DNA from: a virus
Direction: 5' to 3' (one strand)
IMG/VR virus record: IMGVR_UViG_3300036791_001436
Coordinates: 1-64,000 of that record
Length of the DNA stretch: 64,000 bases
Shown: one piece after another, positions 1 through 10,100 of the stretch
How the letters are laid out: the number at the start of each line of letters is the position of its first letter
Position numbering within the stretch: position 1 is the stretch's first letter
Translations under genes and position numbers: made by a program
Notes under the pieces: generated by a model
Databases searched by the model: none
Told to the model about the DNA's origin: nothing
What the model saw: only the letters and a program-made list of their open reading frames with translations

Positions 1-162
1 ATCAACTTTAATACTTGTGAATACACTATATCGTGTTTTTGTTATTTGTCTCTCTTCTACGAAAAAAACAAGTATACTTCGACTCTTCAGTAACGTCTAG
101 TATAGCAACGAATCTATACAACTATAGTTGCGCGGGCCCACGCCGGAAAAATCCTACCAGGT

Positions 163-1341
163 TTGAAGTTCAACGGGGCCCGAACCATAACCCCAGTTGA
201 TGGCCACGAGGAGATCCGCTATAATATACCCAAAGCGAGACCTTACATGCCAGAGCACCGCCAACCATACGGGGCGATGAGTGACAAGGAAGCGATCGAC
301 GCTCAGTTCACCGTCGTCAACGAGCACCTGCAGAACACCGACGATGCGGATGGACTTGGGGGCCTGAAACCCAAGGCCGAGGACCCCCAACCCAACCAAG
401 AGCCCCGCGAACGGGACACCGAGCAAGAGCCACGTGCGCTCACACCCTTCGACAATGCGAGCGCCCCCATCGTCCTGCCGGAGCACACAAGCAGAGCAGA
501 CGCCATCCACATCCTCTCAAGGGAGATCCCGAGCAATGAATATGGGTTCCCGCTCTTCTTCTACCGAAGCGATCTTCTTCCGGCGGAACTTGAACTCCTT
601 ACGCAGGGAGATCTTGATCAGGCAGCGGTCAGGCTCGACTATTCTGAAGGCTACCCTACGTATGGGGCCCAGAGTAGTCCTTGGTGGGAAAGACTTCCAC
701 ATGAGCCGGCCGAGCCCTACACAGCCTTCACCCGATACCTCGACCAACCCGAAACCGTCGGGATCCGACAAGTAACCTTGCTGGCGAGGGACGAGCGCCT
801 GACCACCGAGCAAGTGGTGGCGTGGGCTAGGGAATACTATTGGTCGCGCAGGGCCCATGTGTACGACGCGTTCATTACGGCCGCCGACAAGAAGCGGAAG
901 GAGTTCCTGCAGCGCAAGGTGGAAGGGACACACTACCGCCAAACGCAGGACATCATCGGCGACCTAATGCATGTGTTCGAGCCAGATGAACATGGCACCC
1001 CATGGTGGAAACGCCTCGAGCCAAAGGAGGCACTGGACGCGGTAGAGCGCATGATGAAGTTGCAGCGCCTCTCCGTGGGTCTCTCGGTGAACGGCAATGC
1101 TGGGATCACCGCCAACCCAATCGAAGGGTTCACTGTCGCTGCCGTGATGCGCGAGGTGACCAAGCAAGGTGCCATGGTCGCTGAGAACATGGACACCGAC
1201 CTAATGCGTGCTATGGCCTCGGCCGAAGATCCCAGCATGATCGCGCGTGCGCAACAGCTCATCATTCAGCTGCGACGCGGCACGCCGCCAGCCACACCGG
1301 GGCCCACGGGTGAACACTCTCAAAGCCAGCCCGCGCGATGA
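163..1341 (+). CDS. putative terminase small subunit (start uncertain)
   Basis: Directly upstream of TerL. The segment WERLPHEPAEPYTAFTRYLDQ...WAREYYWSRRAHVYD resembles a common phage TerS-like family. The N-terminus is acidic and low complexity. Confidence 0.55.
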   Translation: MKFNGARTITPVDGHEEIRYNIPKARPYMPEHRQPYGAMSDKEAIDAQFTVVNEHLQNTDDADGLGGLKPKAEDPQPNQEPRERDTEQEPRALTPFDNASAPIVLPEHTSRADAIHILSREIPSNEYGFPLFFYRSDLLPAELELLTQGDLDQAAVRLDYSEGYPTYGAQSSPWWERLPHEPAEPYTAFTRYLDQPETVGIRQVTLLARDERLTTEQVVAWAREYYWSRRAHVYDAFITAADKKRKEFLQRKVEGTHYRQTQDIIGDLMHVFEPDEHGTPWWKRLEPKEALDAVERMMKLQRLSVGLSVNGNAGITANPIEGFTVAAVMREVTKQGAMVAENMDTDLMRAMASAEDPSMIARAQQLIIQLRRGTPPATPGPTGEHSQSQPAR

Positions 1342-1360
1342 GCGATAGGTAAGCCATAGC

Positions 1361-3010
1361 ATGAGCTTTAGTTACTCCCCAGATTCCACCCTACGAATGG
1401 GCGCGCACTCCGAAGCGCAGCTCGCGGAACTTGTGGGTAATTACAAACTGACCCCGGCAACCTTAATGTCCGAGCTGTGCGACTGGTGGCTGCCAGCGCC
1501 CTTCCTCCAATACCTGTCGGCAGAAATCGCATGGGCGATCCATCGTGGGTCTTGCGGCCTTCTAGTTTCGGCCCCTCCACGGCACGGTAAGTCAAAACTA
1601 ATCACCGTTGCCACTCCTCTCTGGGTGCTAGAGAAGTACCCCGAGAAGCATGTCGTTGTCGCCACATACGGTGAGGATCTGTCCACCGACTTCTCCCGTG
1701 AAACCAAAGACCTGATCAATGGAAATCCGGACAAGCTCTCAGTCAGGCTTCGGCAAGATGTTAGGCGTGTCGCCAACTTCCTCACGACGAAAGGCGGCGG
1801 CCTCAAAGCAGTCGGTCTCCGTGGGACCATCACTGGGCGCGGTGCTGACGTTCTCGTCATCGACGACTACATCAAGGAGCCTAAGGAGGCGCTTTCTTAC
1901 GACTATCTGGAGGGTATCAAGACTTGGTACACAACTGTTGCCCGTACCCGTCTTGAGCCTGGTGCTGTGGTCATCATCGTGGCGACTCGGTGGGTCACTG
2001 GTGATCTTCATGGTCACATCGAGCGTCTCGAAGCACGTCGCCCTCGCCCATATTACAAGATCATCAAGATACCGGCGCTGGCTCTTCACACTGAGGACCC
2101 GAAGACAGGCCGCACGATTCCAGACTTCCTTGGCAGGATGGAAGGGGAACCGCTCTTCCCAGAACGGTACAACGCCGAAGCCCTAGAGGACATCCGGTAC
2201 GAACTGCAGAACCGGTGGTTCGAGGCGATGTTCCAGCAGAACCCCCTGGCCGATGACTCCGCAATCACCAACCCTGCGAACATACAGGACATCTCGGAGG
2301 AGGATTTTGCCGCTCTCCTCACCCGAACGGAGGAGCAAACTGGGCGCATAACGTGGGTTCGGAGCTGGGATCTGGCCTCAACCAAGGACGGTGGCGACTT
2401 CACAACCGGCCCCTTGCTCGCATGGGACAAGATGGACAAGCGCCTTTACATCGTCCAAATGCCCAGAGGACAGTGGAGCGCCGGCCGTGTAGAGACCCAA
2501 TTCAAGTACTATGACGAGGCGGATGACAGCGCAATCCCCTGGATAATCGAGCAAGAACCCGGCTCCCAAGGCGAGTATGCGGTCGAACATTTCCGCAAAT
2601 TGGCGCCAAAACGGCGCATAATCGAGATGAAATCGGCCAGTTCCGGTGCAAAACTGCTCAAAGCGGAGCCATTTCTGGCCGAAACCGAGCGCAAAGGCGT
2701 ATATATGCTGAAAGCGCCGTGGAATCGCGCATTTCTGGACGAATTCGCGTCATTCCCAGAGGGGATGAACGACGACCAGATCGACGCCATCGCCAATGGG
2801 TACAACCAGTTGGCAGGCAAAAAGCCCCTGCGGGCAGTGTGGGGCCGTAGCAAAGAGACGGCAGAGGCCAAGGCGAAACTGGATAAAGGTGGCGGGGTGG
2901 TCTCAGGACCCAACAGGGCAACCTGGGGTAGGAACCTGCCTCAGACAGTAAATACCCGTGAGGGCACCACAATGCGTGTCCGTAGAGCCATGTTTTCTCT
3001 AGGCAGGTGA
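1361..3010 (+). CDS. terL: terminase large subunit
   Basis: Walker A APPRHGKS, Walker B VLVIDD, coupling motif ATRW, and nuclease motifs RSWDLAS and DDQIDA. Confidence 0.92.
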   Translation: MSFSYSPDSTLRMGAHSEAQLAELVGNYKLTPATLMSELCDWWLPAPFLQYLSAEIAWAIHRGSCGLLVSAPPRHGKSKLITVATPLWVLEKYPEKHVVVATYGEDLSTDFSRETKDLINGNPDKLSVRLRQDVRRVANFLTTKGGGLKAVGLRGTITGRGADVLVIDDYIKEPKEALSYDYLEGIKTWYTTVARTRLEPGAVVIIVATRWVTGDLHGHIERLEARRPRPYYKIIKIPALALHTEDPKTGRTIPDFLGRMEGEPLFPERYNAEALEDIRYELQNRWFEAMFQQNPLADDSAITNPANIQDISEEDFAALLTRTEEQTGRITWVRSWDLASTKDGGDFTTGPLLAWDKMDKRLYIVQMPRGQWSAGRVETQFKYYDEADDSAIPWIIEQEPGSQGEYAVEHFRKLAPKRRIIEMKSASSGAKLLKAEPFLAETERKGVYMLKAPWNRAFLDEFASFPEGMNDDQIDAIANGYNQLAGKKPLRAVWGRSKETAEAKAKLDKGGGVVSGPNRATWGRNLPQTVNTREGTTMRVRRAMFSLGR

Positions 3011-3013
3011 CAC

Positions 3014-4558
3014 ATGAGCGACACAATCGACCGTCTTCCTAGGGTTGCCCGCAATCGGATCCCCGGAGTCGCCGCAGGTAAGGGAGGACTCCGCACAAAC
3101 GAGTTCGACCCCTTCTTCATGTTCAACCGCCTGTGGGGGTTCTTCTGGGGGAAGCGGGACTACTACAAGGTGTTCGGGTGGGACCCCGTCATCACCCCGC
3201 AGATGATCTACAGGATGTACCAGCGTGGCGGGATCGCCAAGCGGATCATCGAAGCCTACCCCAAAGAGACCTGGTCAGAACCTCCAGAGCTGCCGACAAT
3301 ATCGTCGAAGTTCGACAAGACCTGGGCGTCGATCGTGCTGGCTCTGGACCTCTGGACGGAGTTCTACAAGTGGGATAAGCTGAGCAGAATGGGCCGGTAC
3401 GGTGTGCTCCTCGTGGGGAACGGGGATGCCAACCTTGAGACCGAGATGACCACTATGCCCGCTACGGGCCCGGTGTATATCCAGCCATACTCGGAGATGA
3501 GCGCACAGATCACCCAGTGGCAGACAGACCCTCAGGATCCTAGATTCGGGCAGCCGCTGCAGTACACCATATACCCCGATCTCTTGGAGGCGCAGACACG
3601 CCCTCCGATGATGACGTCATGGGGGTTCCCCACTCGCCGCTCCTTCAAGTGTCACGCGTCGCGGATCCTCCATGCAGCGCAGGGCCCGCTAGAGGATAAC
3701 ATCTTCGGCACTCCGATGTTCGTCCCTATCTGGAACTATCTGACTGACCTCCAGAAGGTAGTTGGTGGTTCGGCGGAGAGCTACTGGTTGACCGCCAATC
3801 GTGGTCTGCAGCTCGACATCGACAAGGATATGTCCCTGGACCCAGAGGAAGAGGCGTCCTTGGATCAGGAGGTGGAGGAATACGGGGATCAGCAGCGGCG
3901 CGTCTTGCGCACTCGAGGAATTACGGCTCGGGATCTGGGTGCCAAAGTGGCTGACCCCAGAGGCCCTTACAGTGTCATCCTCCAGCTCCTTTCTGGATCG
4001 ACTGGCATCCCCACACGCATCCTCATTGGATCGGAAGCTGGTCACCTTGCCTCGACTCAGGACAAGTCTGCCTGGAGCCAAGAGGTTGAGGCATATCGAG
4101 CCCTAACTGCTGCCCCTAAGTTCCTCATTCCGTTCATCCAGATGTTGGTGAAGTGCAAGGTCCTTCCAGATCCGAAGGATAAGCTGGAACCCTTGTGGCC
4201 AGATGCGTATCGTGCGTCCCCCTTAGAGAGGGCGCAGACGGTGAATCAGTTGAGCACTGGGATCATGAACATTGCCCTGGCGATGTCCAAGATCGAGAAC
4301 CTGCTCAGCATCGAAGAGGCGCGTCGCATCATCGGGACCCCGTCGGACAACAAGATCTTCGAAGCCCAATCTGAGGATGTTCCCACTGGCGGGACAAAGG
4401 CGAAACTGCAGCCTCCTCCAGCGATTCCTGGGGGTGGGGCCGGTAAAGGTACTACTCCCGGTGGTGGTAACGAGGCAACTCCAGGGTCGTCGGATTCCTC
4501 GGGTGCTGCGGGTCCAGGATCATCTACCACTTCACCTGCTTCAGGCTCCGGCGCGTAA
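3014..4558 (+). CDS. portal protein (DUF1073-like)
   Basis: Follows TerL. Motifs YQRGGIAKRIIEAYPKETW and SGSTGIPTRILIGSEAG. Gly/Ser-rich disordered C-terminal tail. Confidence 0.85.
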   Translation: MSDTIDRLPRVARNRIPGVAAGKGGLRTNEFDPFFMFNRLWGFFWGKRDYYKVFGWDPVITPQMIYRMYQRGGIAKRIIEAYPKETWSEPPELPTISSKFDKTWASIVLALDLWTEFYKWDKLSRMGRYGVLLVGNGDANLETEMTTMPATGPVYIQPYSEMSAQITQWQTDPQDPRFGQPLQYTIYPDLLEAQTRPPMMTSWGFPTRRSFKCHASRILHAAQGPLEDNIFGTPMFVPIWNYLTDLQKVVGGSAESYWLTANRGLQLDIDKDMSLDPEEEASLDQEVEEYGDQQRRVLRTRGITARDLGAKVADPRGPYSVILQLLSGSTGIPTRILIGSEAGHLASTQDKSAWSQEVEAYRALTAAPKFLIPFIQMLVKCKVLPDPKDKLEPLWPDAYRASPLERAQTVNQLSTGIMNIALAMSKIENLLSIEEARRIIGTPSDNKIFEAQSEDVPTGGTKAKLQPPPAIPGGGAGKGTTPGGGNEATPGSSDSSGAAGPGSSTTSPASGSGA

Positions 4559-4576
4559 CGTCGTAAATTCGGAACT

Positions 4577-4623
4577 GACATCCCCTCCGGCGGCCAGATT
4601 GCCGGCGCTCACGGGTGTCTTTT
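4577..4623 (+). terminator. probable intrinsic terminator after portal
   Basis: GACATCC...GGGTGTC stem with an inner CCGGC/GCCGG stem, followed by TTTT. Confidence 0.5.
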
Positions 4624-4721
4624 CGCCCCGTTAAGGGCAATTTTACCCCTCCTCTCCCTGGTTACTGAGGGGAAAATTAGCGCGCCGAACCAAAAATATC
4701 GGTTGACCCAAATATCAGGTC

Positions 4722-4750
4722 TTGATGTCCTCGCTGTTGGGCTATATAAT
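4722..4750 (+). promoter_or_regulatory. sigma70-type promoter for the fibre cassette
   Basis: TTGATG-N17-TATAAT (GCTATATAAT), one of 11 similar copies in the window. Confidence 0.8.
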
Positions 4751-4788
4751 ACTCTTGACTAGGAAGACCAGCGCGACGCGAGGCGAGG

Positions 4789-5256
4789 TTGCCCAGGCCA
4801 GCGGATCTTTCCGAGTACAACATCTTCCTTTCCTGCCAGGCCGGTAAGGATTGGTACGACGAAGCCATCCGCTTTGTAGATACCGACGCTCAGGGAGTGC
4901 AATCGGATTCGGATTGGTCCACGTACGCCGGGGTGAACATGTACTTCATCCCCTCTGGGTTGGAGGTGCTCCCGGTAGGTGTAAACCCGCTGATCTCTCC
5001 GACGCCTCCACCACCTCCACTAGTCAAGTTCAGCACACTGAGCACCCCGCCTGAGATCGCGTGGAACAACCCTGCGCAGCCGAATCCTGGCGGGATGACC
5101 TACTTCATGCTGGCGTGCCCCTCTGCGCAGAACTTGCTTACCGAGGGTAACTGGGATTTCACCGCGTACTTGACAGACGCAGCAGGCGTTGAAACCGCCG
5201 TCTTGATGGGCGTAGTTGAGGCTCTTCCAGTAGCAGGGTCGGGGCTCTCCTCATGA
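4789..5256 (+). CDS. hypothetical virion protein, possibly a fibre adaptor (BppU/DUF2479-like beta fold)
   Basis: First gene after the promoter. SD GAGG before a TTG start. Beta-rich C-terminus GNWDFTAYLTD...VLMGVVE. Confidence 0.5.
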   Translation: MPRPADLSEYNIFLSCQAGKDWYDEAIRFVDTDAQGVQSDSDWSTYAGVNMYFIPSGLEVLPVGVNPLISPTPPPPPLVKFSTLSTPPEIAWNNPAQPNPGGMTYFMLACPSAQNLLTEGNWDFTAYLTDAAGVETAVLMGVVEALPVAGSGLSS

Positions 5257-5657
5257 CGATCACCGTCGGGATCAAGGTTGTTCGCTCTCCTGGTGGTCCC
5301 CCTGGGCCAACTGGCTCAGCAGCAGGCCAGGACTTAGGGTGGATTGTCACCCAGGTGCTGATGCCTGGGGAGATCCTCGATTCGCCCCCGCTAGAGCGTG
5401 GGGCCACCTACGACCAGGTGATGTTCCATTCCCGCACGATGTTTGCGGCGCCTCAAAACATCACTGTCAACCAGTTCCGCCTCGGTGCGAAGATCGACTC
5501 CATCATAGTAGCGGTCCCTCAGAACGTAGTGGACCTGCTGTACGAGCTTCCCATCGCCCTAGTGGCGAACGCGCAGGACATCATGCAGTTGGTGTTGCCG
5601 TCCCCTGCGGATGCGCAATGCAAGGACATGACCTTCTCGTTGGGGAGCACACCATGA
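5253..5657 (+). CDS. hypothetical protein with a short collagen-like GPPGPTG motif
   Basis: ATGA overlap with the upstream gene. Beta-rich. Confidence 0.6.
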   Translation: MTITVGIKVVRSPGGPPGPTGSAAGQDLGWIVTQVLMPGEILDSPPLERGATYDQVMFHSRTMFAAPQNITVNQFRLGAKIDSIIVAVPQNVVDLLYELPIALVANAQDIMQLVLPSPADAQCKDMTFSLGSTP

Positions 5658-5980
5658 ACCCCTTCAAGGCGAGCGCAAACGCTGGGACAGCAGTTGTCGA
5701 CGCAGGGCGCGTCTCGAGCATTGCACGCACCGTCGATGGCCACTTCGAAGCCCACTGCGACCTAGAGGTGTCCAGAGCTTGTCCCCAGTGCGGCGAGCCC
5801 AACCCCCGCACGAGCGACGATGGCGAGGTGTATTGCTGTCGGTGCCTATCGCTCCTACCGCCGGTGGAGAAGTACCCCCGCGTCGAAGACGTGCGCTTCA
5901 AGCCGCCGAAGATACCGCTGTTGGCGGCGGTCTTCTTGTGGGGCGCCCGCAAGCTACGTGCAATAGCAGGAGAACTCTGA
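5654..5980 (+). CDS. zinc-ribbon protein
   Basis: The true start appears to be ATG 5654 (ATGA overlap, SD GGGGAG). Contains CPQC...CCRC. Confidence 0.6.
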   Translation: MNPFKASANAGTAVVDAGRVSSIARTVDGHFEAHCDLEVSRACPQCGEPNPRTSDDGEVYCCRCLSLLPPVEKYPRVEDVRFKPPKIPLLAAVFLWGARKLRAIAGEL

Positions 5981-6285
5981 TGCAAGTCAACTACAAGGTT
6001 CACTCGGTCGGCCAGACCAAGACTCCGGTCACGGTGAAGTACAACGACAACGACGTCGAGGCGTTGATCCCCAGCGTCGAGGTGGAACTCACCTCCGATG
6101 CCGGCTTCACGCACACCTTCCGCTTCACCGATCCTGCCGATGTCGCTGAGGTGTCGGCGTGGGTGCCCGATCAGGAGGTCACCGTCCAGGTGTCCGCTGG
6201 TGCTGCACCTCCCCCGCCCGCCAAGGAAGCGCCGGCAGCCCCTGCGGCCGCGCCCGCTCCCGCGCCTGCTCCGGCAGCGGCGTAG
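5980..6285 (+). CDS. hypothetical protein with an Ala/Pro tail
   Basis: Start ATG 5980 (TGATG overlap, SD AGGAG). Strongly biased codons. Confidence 0.65.
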   Translation: MQVNYKVHSVGQTKTPVTVKYNDNDVEALIPSVEVELTSDAGFTHTFRFTDPADVAEVSAWVPDQEVTVQVSAGAAPPPPAKEAPAAPAAAPAPAPAPAAA

Positions 6286-6327
6286 GTCCCCTTCCCTCTC
6301 TTCCCTCTAGTTCCATAGGAGACAAGG

Positions 6328-6825
6328 ATGTCGGTACAAGGTATTGCAGTGGGCGGGGCTGGCGTCTCGCTAGGCTCTGAACTCCCCGGCAAGCTCCGGG
6401 AACTAGCGAAGAAGGGGTTGCTGTCGCTGGCCACAGCGTTCACCAACATCGGCGCGTCGATCGTCACCAACCGTATGATCCAAGCCGGCACCGCGCCGAA
6501 GTTCTTGGGCTGGGGCACTGGCGTCACTCCGGCAGCGGTCACCGACTTGGCGTTGCAGACGGAGAACGCCCCTACGGTCGGCGGTGGTCGAACGGTGGGT
6601 GCCGAGAGCCGGGTGACCACTTCGGTGACCAACGACACCTATCAGGTCACCGGGACCATCACAGCCACCTTGGCAGGGCCCACGGCGCAGACCGAAGCTG
6701 GCACGTTCGACGCGGCAACCGCTGGGAACATGCTGCTGCACTCGGTCTTCTCAGCCCTCAACCTGAACGCCGGCGATTCGCTCACGCCGACCTTCGGGCT
6801 GAAGTTCGTTCCTGGGGTGACCTGA
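6328..6825 (+). CDS. structural protein, fibre/collar-subunit-like
   Basis: SD AGGAG. GWGTGVTPAAVTDLALQTE and EAGTFDAATAGNML resemble phage fibre/collar proteins. Codon bias similar to the major capsid gene. Confidence 0.6.
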   Translation: MSVQGIAVGGAGVSLGSELPGKLRELAKKGLLSLATAFTNIGASIVTNRMIQAGTAPKFLGWGTGVTPAAVTDLALQTENAPTVGGGRTVGAESRVTTSVTNDTYQVTGTITATLAGPTAQTEAGTFDAATAGNMLLHSVFSALNLNAGDSLTPTFGLKFVPGVT

Positions 6826-7157
6826 TGGAATGGACGGCTCACTGTGGCTGCGTGTGCGCTATTCGCCCTGACGATGGTCAGCCGATAGCGCTGCTGCGGC
6901 CTTGTGCGTTCCATGCTTCGTCAGGGGCAACTCACGACGACGTGGCTGGCGAGAATCGAGCGATGTCCCTAGCCCGTAAGGCGCTAGTGGACGCGTACGA
7001 ACTCGACAACGACGTGATCACCGTCGAGATTGCAGACGGTGACCGTTGTGCGGTTGCTCGTGGCCCGAACGGCGAGAGCGCCCTGGTCCAGAAAGCCAGC
7101 CATGAGGAATACCTCGCCCAGCATGCGGAGGCGGCTAGCTTCGCCAGAAAGGGGTAG
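6825..7157 (+). CDS. hypothetical Cys/His protein
   Basis: TGATG overlap. Contains HCGCVC...PCAFH. Confidence 0.55.
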   Translation: MEWTAHCGCVCAIRPDDGQPIALLRPCAFHASSGATHDDVAGENRAMSLARKALVDAYELDNDVITVEIADGDRCAVARGPNGESALVQKASHEEYLAQHAEAASFARKG

Positions 7158-7160
7158 CCC

Positions 7161-10100
7161 GTGGGCTACTCACTGGTAGGCACTGGGGGCTACGGCTCCG
7201 GCGTTACGCTGACTGGTAGCAACTTCAGTGCTGTTACCGGCGGCTCAATAACGTTCTCCCAGCAGGCCTCTGAGGCGCTGGTCAATACCCCCTTGCCTCT
7301 GCCTGGTACGTTGTCAGGCCTAAGGGCTGATCAGGGGCCCTTCACAGCGCCTTTTGTAGGGACTCTCCGCAAGAACGGGGCGAACGCCAACCAGGTAGTC
7401 ACCGACGCTGTCCCCTTGGCAGGACAGGCAGCCACTAGCTTTCTGCGTGGTGACACCGTTGATATGTCCTGGGGCACAGCCACCGGGACGATCTCTCGCC
7501 TGCAGATGGTGTGGGTAGGTCAAGGGGCGGCGCACAGTGCTCTCTATGGCTCGGGAGCTTCCTCTGGCAGTGGCAATCCCTTCGGGCCAGCGAACAACCA
7601 CTTCTACCAGTGCCTCTTTGGACAGCAGGGAGGTCAGACAGTTAGTGCGGGCCCTGCGTATGCACAAGTTGGTGCCCCAGGGACGCTCCAGGGCTTTGCA
7701 GTCTGCGTCGCTAGTAATATCAATACTTCCCCTGTCACGGTCAGCGTCTATCAGAATGGGGCGGTTGCGACACAAGGGGTAACGGTTGGCGCCGGGATCA
7801 CCGGAGCATTCCAGGACACTACCAACACCACCCCCGTACAGTATGGCGACCTTATCTGCTCGCATCTGTACTCGAGCGACGGGATGAATCTCGCCTCGAT
7901 AGTGGTAGGGTTTGTTAGTAATGCGGGGCCACAGCACGATATCTTCGGCAACTGCAACGGTGCTATCGGGGCGAACGCCGTCACCTATGCGCCGATCTAC
8001 GGCTTCTACGCCCTCTACCAGAATACCATCGAGTCCGCACAGCAGGTCGTACATGGATTCCGAGTCAACCTTACTGGCCTGAAGGCGTACGCGTATAACC
8101 TAAATAACGCTACAGGCCCATCGACGATTAGGACGCGCATCAACGGCGCGAATGGCACTCTGCTAGTTACCGTTGGCGCAGGCCTGACAGGGTGGTTTGT
8201 AGATACCGCGCATACCGACTTCTTGGGGCCCACGGATAAGCTCTGCTACCAGGTGACTGCCGGGCCAGGGCCTGCTGGCAACGTCCTTCTGACCAACGTT
8301 GTAGGCGTCACCGAGATTGCGCCATTCCCGAGTCAGGTCTCCCCGACACGAGGATATTCACTCTTCGGGAATACCGGCGGCGCCGCAGCCGTAGGTGCAA
8401 ACACTTTCAGCATGCTAGGGGGCGGTAACGCTGCTTATAAGCAGGCTGTTGAAGCAAATGCCCAAGTTGCGATGCCCGTGGCGGGGGTGCTATCAAACCT
8501 GTCAATACAGGGACCGACTTCTGGTACCTTTACTGGGCGACTCCGTAAGAACCTCGCGAACGCCAACCAGCAGGTCAACGACGGCAATCTGTTTGTGCCA
8601 CCGGTTAACGACTATACGCTGAGCCCCTGGAGCCAATTCAACGTAACTGTCACGCCGGCAGCGACAACTAATCCTATTACTGGAGCGACAGACGCTCAGC
8701 TGGTAGTGCCTACTACCGCGAACAACGGCCACGTTGTTAACCAGACCATCAGTGTTAATGTCGCAGGCAACTATACGCTCAGCTGGTACCTTAAGGCGTC
8801 GGGCTATACCTACAACCGAATCCTGGTGCAACAGTCGGGTTTCTTCGCCTATGCAACATTCAACCTCTCTGGCGCAGGGTCGATGTTTGCCAGTGGGATA
8901 TCTGCATCTGGTGGGGTTACGTTCGTATCGGGGAGTATCGTATCGCTAGGTTCGGGCTGGTACCTTTGCACGCTCAATGTTGGCAACATCCTCACTACGT
9001 CCAGCATAATCGTTGAAGCTGGGCCGTGCGACAATACAGGCAACGCGACCTTCGCAGGTGATGGCACCTCAGGTGCCTACGAGTGGGGCGGAAGATTTGT
9101 GCTGACCAGCTCGGTGCCATCGACGCTGACTTCTAATGCATTCGATAACGTCGCACTAGGTGATACGATCGACCTAGCCTGGGATGCCAACACTTCGGGG
9201 CAGATCCAGCGTACGAGGCTAACTCTGGTTGGGAATCCGTACCACGGGGCAGTCTGGGGGTCCACCCCATACAACAACGCTACTACGGCCATCCCGATCA
9301 ACAACAGCGCCTACCATCAGTTTGTCGGCTTCAACCAGGCCTATCCAGGGCTAGCACAGTACCTTCAAAGGTGCCAGCTCAAGATAGGCGTTGCAGGCCT
9401 TATGCAAGGTCTAGGGCTGAACGCTCCTGTCAATGCGGCGGCTAGCAGCGTGACGCTCTCGCTCAACCTGAATGGTGCGACAGCAGCGCTGGGGCCCACC
9501 ATTGGAGCTGGGCTAACAGGCGCCTTCATCGACACCACCCGACAAGTTGCAGTGGTGCCGGGCGATCTCGTCTGCGGAAATACTCTGGCTATTCCGGCAT
9601 CGTTCAGCGTCTCGTCGGTTTGGGTGGGGTTCGTCAATCCCAGCGCCCCTAGCAACGACATCTGGTTTGGAGTCACCGCCGGTCTTGTGCAGACCGCTGG
9701 TGTCTACTTCCCGCTCGTTGGTGGTGGCCAGTACGGCGGTATTACCCCCGAATCAGTTGCTCAGACCGCGCACGGCTTTGCGGTTACAATGTCGGGCCTG
9801 CGTGTGTATGTGGACACCAGCACCTCGACGGCCCCCGCCTCGATCAACACCCGCAAGAATGGAGTCAACGGCAATCAGATTGTGACTATAGGGGCAGGGT
9901 TGACGGGGTGGTTCCAGGACACCGCCAACACCGACTCCTATGCCCCGACAGACCTGGCCTGCTACCGCTCTGTGGTAGGGTCTGCGGGCCTTAGCGGTGT
10001 GTACTACATTGGCGTCACCGAGACCGCCCCTCTCGCTCCCGCTCCTGCCATTCCAGCTAGGGGATGGTCGCTAGTCGGGATGACCAACTACGGTGTGCAG

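Noticed and set aside
1-160. AT-rich start with the palindrome CAACTATAGTTG (119-130) as a cos/pac site or TerS promoter
   Set aside because: Plausible position, but it does not match the phage promoter consensus, and termini cannot be called without read data.
3014-4558. Anti-CBASS Acb1-type annotation sometimes attached to DUF1073 proteins
   Set aside because: Size, motifs and position after TerL indicate a portal. No 2H-phosphoesterase HxT motifs were recognised.
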